Of a stretch of 64,000 bases of DNA, positions 58,901-64,000 are shown piece after piece (within the stretch, counting starts at the first letter, position 1; the number at the start of each line of letters is the position of its first letter). The position numbers and the translations under genes were made by a program. Below the pieces are notes generated by a model. The model was not told the DNA's origin and made no database searches. It saw only the letters and a list, made by a program, of their open reading frames with translations. Source of the DNA: Macrostomum hystrix (Eukaryota; Animalia; Platyhelminthes); the NCBI GenBank assembly GCA_950097015.1, contig CATNEN010000037.1, positions 3,782,001-3,846,000 on the forward strand, given 5' to 3'.

Positions 58901-61900
58901 TCTGCAATATAACACCCGCTGTGTACGATCAGTCTCAAAGGACACTAACCGTGAGGAGAAATAATTTAAATACGTACACTACTGCTACTCTCACTACTTC
59001 GACAGTAGTATTGAGCACTTACTACATCGCTCTCAATCGAACTCATCCCTGCTCAGTTCGCCTCCATCGCCAAGACGGTTAAGAACAAGCCGGTGGTTAA
59101 CGAGTCCGTATCGGACGAAGCCTACAAACGTCGCTTGGAGAAGCAGATGAAAAGCCTGCAGGAGCAGCTGGCTCAGATGGCCAGCGAGAAGGCCCAGACT
59201 GAGGCTGAAAATCAGCGCCTGGTGCGCCAAATGGAGACGAGGGTTGAGGATGAGAATTTGCGCCTAATTCAACAGGCCGAGGAGAGGCGGGCGCAGCAGA
59301 GATCTGAGCAGGAGCAGCGACTGCGGCATCAGGTCGAGACGCTCACGAGGTTAGTGAGTCCTTATCTCATTGATTAAATGCCATGTCTATCCGTCTATCC
59401 GATCCATAATCCCGTTCTATCCTATTCGATCCCCAATAATCCCATTCTATCCGATCCCATCTATAATCCCAGTCTCTTTGATACCATCCCTAATAATCCC
59501 AGTCTATCCTATCCCATTCCCAATAAACCCAGTCTATCCAATCCCATCCCCAATAATCCCAGTCTATCCGATCCCATCCCCAATAATCCCAGTCTATCCG
59601 ATCCCATCCCCAATAATCCCAGTCTATCCGATCCCATCCCCAATAATCCCAGTCTATCCGATCCCCCATCCCATATATTCCCAGTCTATCCGATCCCATC
59701 CCCAATAATCCAGTTCTATCCAATCCCCATCCCTTATAATCCCTGCCTTTCCGATCCCATCAAACTCTAGTGGAGGGTGGATGATGTTGATCCAGCAACT
59801 TCTTGACCTCTTCCGCGGCCCACCAATTCGCCCAGATACTGCGGCGGCACAGCCCGGCTGGATGATATCACCGAGGCCGGCAATGAGGGACCGGTGCGCC
59901 GGCGCACCTGGGATCCACAGTCTGTGCACCGCCGCCTGCAACTGTTGCATCACGGCAGCTTAACTGGGCCCAGCGGCACCTTCAAATCTATGAAGCCTAT
60001 CCGGCCTCAGTTGGAATCTGTTGGCGAGGAGCCGCTGCAGGCGCTTCCCCCGCCGCCTCCGCCGCCTCCTCCGCTGCAGACTTCATCCCTAGGTTGCCTA
60101 GGCGCGGCTATGCTTGATGCCAATGACAGCGCTAATTTCATTAGTCAACAATTGTCTGAGTCGTTTTTTGGTCGTTTAGAGAATAGTCAAATGGAGTTAT
60201 CGATTAGCATGGACCCTTTAGTGCCGACTGAACGGGACAGAGAAAGTCCGACTGGCGCTCTGGAGGCTAGCAGGCTGCTTCAGCAGCAGCAGCAGCAAGC
60301 GCTGCAGGCACGGGTGACTCAACTCGAGCAGCTGTTGGAATTGGCCAGGGGCGAGTCGCAGCGCCTAGCAAACCTGTTTGAGCTTGAGCAGAGTAACAGC
60401 GCCAGACTGGCTGAGCAGGTAAGGATGAGGATGATGAAGGTAGGCTTATCAGAGGTCAGTGTTGGTGGGCTTATCAGAGGTCAGTGAAGGTGGGCTTATC
60501 AGAGGTCAGTGAAGGTGGCTTATCAGTGGTCAGTGAAGGTTGGGTTATCAGAGGTCAGTGAAGGTGGGCTTATCAGAGGTCAGTGAAGGTGGCTTATCAG
60601 AGGTCAGTGAAGGTGGCTTATCAAAGGTCAGTGAGGGTGGCTTATCAGTGGTCAGTGAAGGTTGGGTTATCAGAGGTCAGTGAAGGTGGGCTTATCAGAG
60701 GTCAGTGAAGGTGGCTTATCAGTGGTCAGTGAAGGTTGGGTTATCAGAGGTCAGTGAAGGTGGGCTTATCAGTGGTCAGTGAAGGTTGGGTTATCAGAGG
60801 TCAGTGAAGGTGGGCTTATCAGAGGTCAGTGAAGGTGGCTTATCAGAGGTCAGTGAAGGTGGCTTATCAGAGGTCAGTGAGGGTGGCTTATCAGTGGTCA
60901 GTGAAGGTTGGGTTATCAGAGGTCAGTGAAGGTGGGCTTATCAGAGGTCAGTGAAGGTGGCTTATCAGTGGTCAGTGAAGGTTGGGTTATCAGAGGTCAG
61001 TGAAGGTGGGCTTATCAGTGGTCAGTGAAGGTTGGGTTATCAGAGGTCAGTGAAGGTGGGCTTATCAGTGGTCAGTGAAGGTTGGGTTATCAGAGGTCAG
61101 TGAAGGTGGCTTATCAGAGGTCAGTGAAGGTGGGCTTATCAGAGGTCAGTGAAGGTGGGCTTATCAGAGGTCAGTGAAGGTGGCTTATCAGAGGTCAGTG
61201 AAGGTGGCTTATCAGAGGTCAGTGAGGGTGGCTTATCAGTGGTCAGTGAAGGTTGGGTTATCAGAGGTCAGTGAAGGTGGGCTTATCAGAGGTCAGTGAA
61301 GGTGGCTTATCAGTGGTCAGTGAAGGTTGGGTTATCAGAGGTCAGTGAAGGTGGGCTTATCAGTGGTCAGTGAAGGTTGGGTTATCAGAGGTCAGTGAAG
61401 GTGGGCTTATCAGTGGTCAGTGAAGGTTGGGTTATCAGAGGTCAGTGAAGGTGGCTTATCAGAGGTCAGTGAAGGTGGGCTTATCAGTGGTCAGTGAAGG
61501 TTGGGTTATCAGAGGTCAGTGAAGGTGGGCTTATCAGTGGTCAGTGAAGGTTGGGTTATCAGAGGTCAGTGAAGGTGGGCTTATCAGTGGTCAGTGAAGG
61601 TTGGGTTATCAGAGGTCAGTGAAGGTGGCTTATCAGAGGTCAGTGAGGGTGGCTTATCAGAGGTCAGTGAGGGTGGCTTATCAGTGGTCAGTGAAGGTTG
61701 GGTTATCAGAGGTCAGTGAAGGTGGGCTTATCAGAGGTCAGTGAAGGTGGGTTATCAGAGGTCAGGAACTGGTTTATCTGATCTTATTTGTAGCGGGATA
61801 ATATAAAGTTAGTTACTTAGTTAAGGTATGAGCTTGTGTTAAAGTGCGCTTCTTCAGAATTAGATGGTTGGCAAAATAGCCTGACTACTAGTTAAAACCA

Positions 61901-64000
61901 GAAGTAAAATTTAGTGAGCGGTGCTGTCAATCTGATCTGCCTCCCACTGACTGTCAGGTGGCCAGGCTGGAGGAGGAGAACGCGTCCCTGTGCGGTCGGA
62001 TCTCGCGCATGGAGGAGGAGGAGTTTATCGGCCTCGAGCTGCAGGCGGCCGCTGTTTCAACCGCTGCGGCCGGCCTCGAGAGCAGCGGACGCGAAGATTC
62101 GCCAAACATTGCGGCTATCGTCAGCGAGGCCGAGGCCGACATCTTCAGCCGGCCCACTGTCCTGGCGTCCCAGGTTAATGTCGATGCCGACACTCTCGCC
62201 ACGCCGGTTGCCTCAGTCAAGCCAGAGGAGGCCGCCCATTCAGATATCGACAGTGTCGAGCAACTGAAGCATCAACTGGCTGACGAAGCCAGCGAAGTCC
62301 GACGCTTGGCCTCTCTGTTGATTGTGAAATGTTCGCCGACTATGGTGGAGTCCGAGACCCAGACTGAGGCGGCAAGTTCCAAGGACTGTACCAGTGTTCA
62401 GTGTCAGACGGAGATTCAGCAAGACATCGCATTGGAATATCGCCTGATGGAAGCTGAACAGCGAGCTGCGGAGGCAGAAGCCGAACTGGTTGCTAGAGGA
62501 ACTGCTGTTGACAGGGTGAAGTCTCTCCAAGACGAATTGATTGAGGTTAAAGAGGATCTAGAAGTAACAGAGCAGCAGACAATGGACCTGCTGGAAGAAT
62601 TTGATGCGGCAGCTTGCGCGACTGAAGATAAGACTCGACTAGCTGAGGCGGAGTTGCGCATTAAAGAATTGGAGTCACTGGTTGCAGAAGCAGAATTGTC
62701 TCTTTTAAAGGCCGATGCGCGGGTCACGGAATTAGAAGAGCGAGCAAGCAAAGCGGAGACTAGCGCGGCGGAGGCGAATGCTCGAGCCTTGCAAGTTGAA
62801 ACCCGCGCCTTGGAGGCTGAAGCTTGCATCGCCGAGGTCAACTCTCGAGCCGGAGACTTAAATTCAATCCACGACTCTGATGCGGATGAGCCGAATCGTA
62901 CAGCCGCCATATCAGAAGCTACCGGCGGCGCCTCAGAAGCTGAAACCCGTGCTTCAGAGGCGGAATCACGTGCTTTGGAAGCAGAAAAACGTGCTTCGGA
63001 AGCTGAAGTCCGTGCATTAGATGCTGAAAACCGCTTGTCGGAGGCTGAAATCCGAGCTTTAATTGCCGAAACCCGTGCAACAGAAGCTGAACACCGCGCT
63101 TCAGAATTTGAAAAGCAGACTTTGACGACTAAAACATGCTGTTCTGAGGCTGAAACCCGTGCATTAGAAGCTGAAACCCGTGCATCAGAAGCTGAAATTC
63201 GTGCATCAGAAGCTGAAATTCGTGCATCAGAAGCTGAAATTCGTGCATCAGGAGCTGAAACTCGTCAATCTGAGGCTGAAACCCGTGCATCAGACGCTGA
63301 AACCCGTGCATCAGACGCTGAAACCCGTGCATCAGAAGCTGAAACTCGTCAATCTGAGGCTGAAACCCGTGCATCAGACGCTGAAACCCGTGCATCTAGG
63401 GTTGAAATCCGTGTATATGAAGCTGAATCTCGGGCCTCTGAGGCTGAAATCCGTGCATCTGAGGCTGAAACTCGTCAATCTGAGGCTGAAACCCGTGCAT
63501 CAGAAGCGGAAATTCGTGCATCAGAAGCGGAAATTCGTGCATCAGAAGCTGAAACCCGTGCATCAGAAGCTGAAATTCGTGCATCAGATGCTGAAACCCA
63601 TGCATCTAGGGTTGAAATCCGTGTATATGAAGCTGAATCTCGGGCCTCTGAGGCTGAAACCCGGGCATCTGAGGCTGAAACCCGGGCATCTGAGGCTGAA
63701 ACCCGGGCATCAGAAGCTGAAACTCGGGCATCAGAGGCTGAAACCCGTGCATCTAGGGTTGAAATCCGTGTATATGAAGCTGAATCTCGGGCCTCTGAGG
63801 CTGAAACCCGGGCATCTGAGGCTGAAAACCGGGCATCAGAAGCTGAAAACCGGGCATCAGAGGCTGAAAACCGGGCATCAGAAGCTGAAAGTCGCGCTGT
63901 GGAGGCGGAGGCGCGTATCGCTGAGGCCAGAGATCGCGGCGACGTCGCCTTGGACGACTCTGGCAGCCCTGTCAGCGGTCATCTTCGTGAGCAGCGGCGG
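55960..64000 (+). CDS. CENPE: Kinesin-7 / CENP-E-like motor protein, incomplete at the window end
   Basis: Exons 55960-56104, 56214-56416, 57200-57401, 57478-57599, 58598-58734, 58824-58950, 59057-59349, 59836-60418 and 61958->64000. Motifs: [18 protein letters not shown] (CENP-E VDGSKSFNFD), [61 protein letters not shown], then a long coiled coil. Confidence 0.92.
56440..57025. repeat. 30-bp minisatellite in kinesin intron 2
   Basis: (CTGTTGAGCSTGTCTGTTCCCAGCTCCACT)n. Confidence 0.96.
57660..58580. repeat. Composite 12/20-bp minisatellite in kinesin intron 4
   Basis: CAGCTCACCCAGCACCTCAT and CAGCTCACCTCAT-type units. Confidence 0.94.
59390..59760. repeat. 30-bp minisatellite with degenerate edges in kinesin intron 7
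   Basis: (CCCCAATAATCCCAGTCTATCCGATCCCAT)n. Confidence 0.9.
60440..61765. repeat. 21-22-bp minisatellite in kinesin intron 8
   Basis: (GGTCAGTGAAGGTGG(G)CTTATCAGA)n with alternating variants. Confidence 0.96.
62930..63900 (+). repeat. 21-bp coding minisatellite encoding the heptad EAE(T/I/N)RAS
   Basis: (GAAGCTGAAACCCGTGCATCA)n in frame with the kinesin exon starting at 61958. Confidence 0.93.

Noticed and set aside
63129-63605. Minus-strand MHGFQ/MHEFQ repeat ORFs
   Set aside because: They are the antisense of the coding EAETRAS repeat.

Overview
Eukaryotic (animal) genomic DNA, not prokaryotic. GC-rich exons, GT-AG introns packed with 16-51 bp minisatellites and acceptor sites just upstream of start codons resemble the flatworm Macrostomum lignano; this species call is an inference. 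In order, the window holds: (1) three intronless genes (secreted ML/GM2-activator-like protein, small TNFR-like type I receptor, two-TM PPxY protein); (2) a 5'-truncated RTE-like LINE; (3) a multi-exon NAP1 gene whose late intron appears to contain a complete same-strand kainate-type glutamate receptor gene; (4) APC4, eIF3f and SARNP/Tho1; (5) stem-loop-type histone H3 (L65M, M90Q) and H2A genes with no H4 or H2B in the window; (6) an orphan minus-strand gene with a probable 7-nt microexon; (7) a Mag-like Ty3/Gypsy element (143-bp LTRs, TCAGA target duplication) inserted into the second catalytic Asp codon of a Tc1/IS630 transposase; (8) a CENP-E/kinesin-7 gene running off the right end, whose stalk is built from a 21-bp (heptad) coding minisatellite. 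Four tRNA-derived SINE copies from two families are present. Most long low-complexity ORFs in the supplied track are artefacts of tandem repeats. Exon structures were derived by hand from splice signals and reading-frame continuity, and protein families were recognised from remembered motifs; no database search was run.
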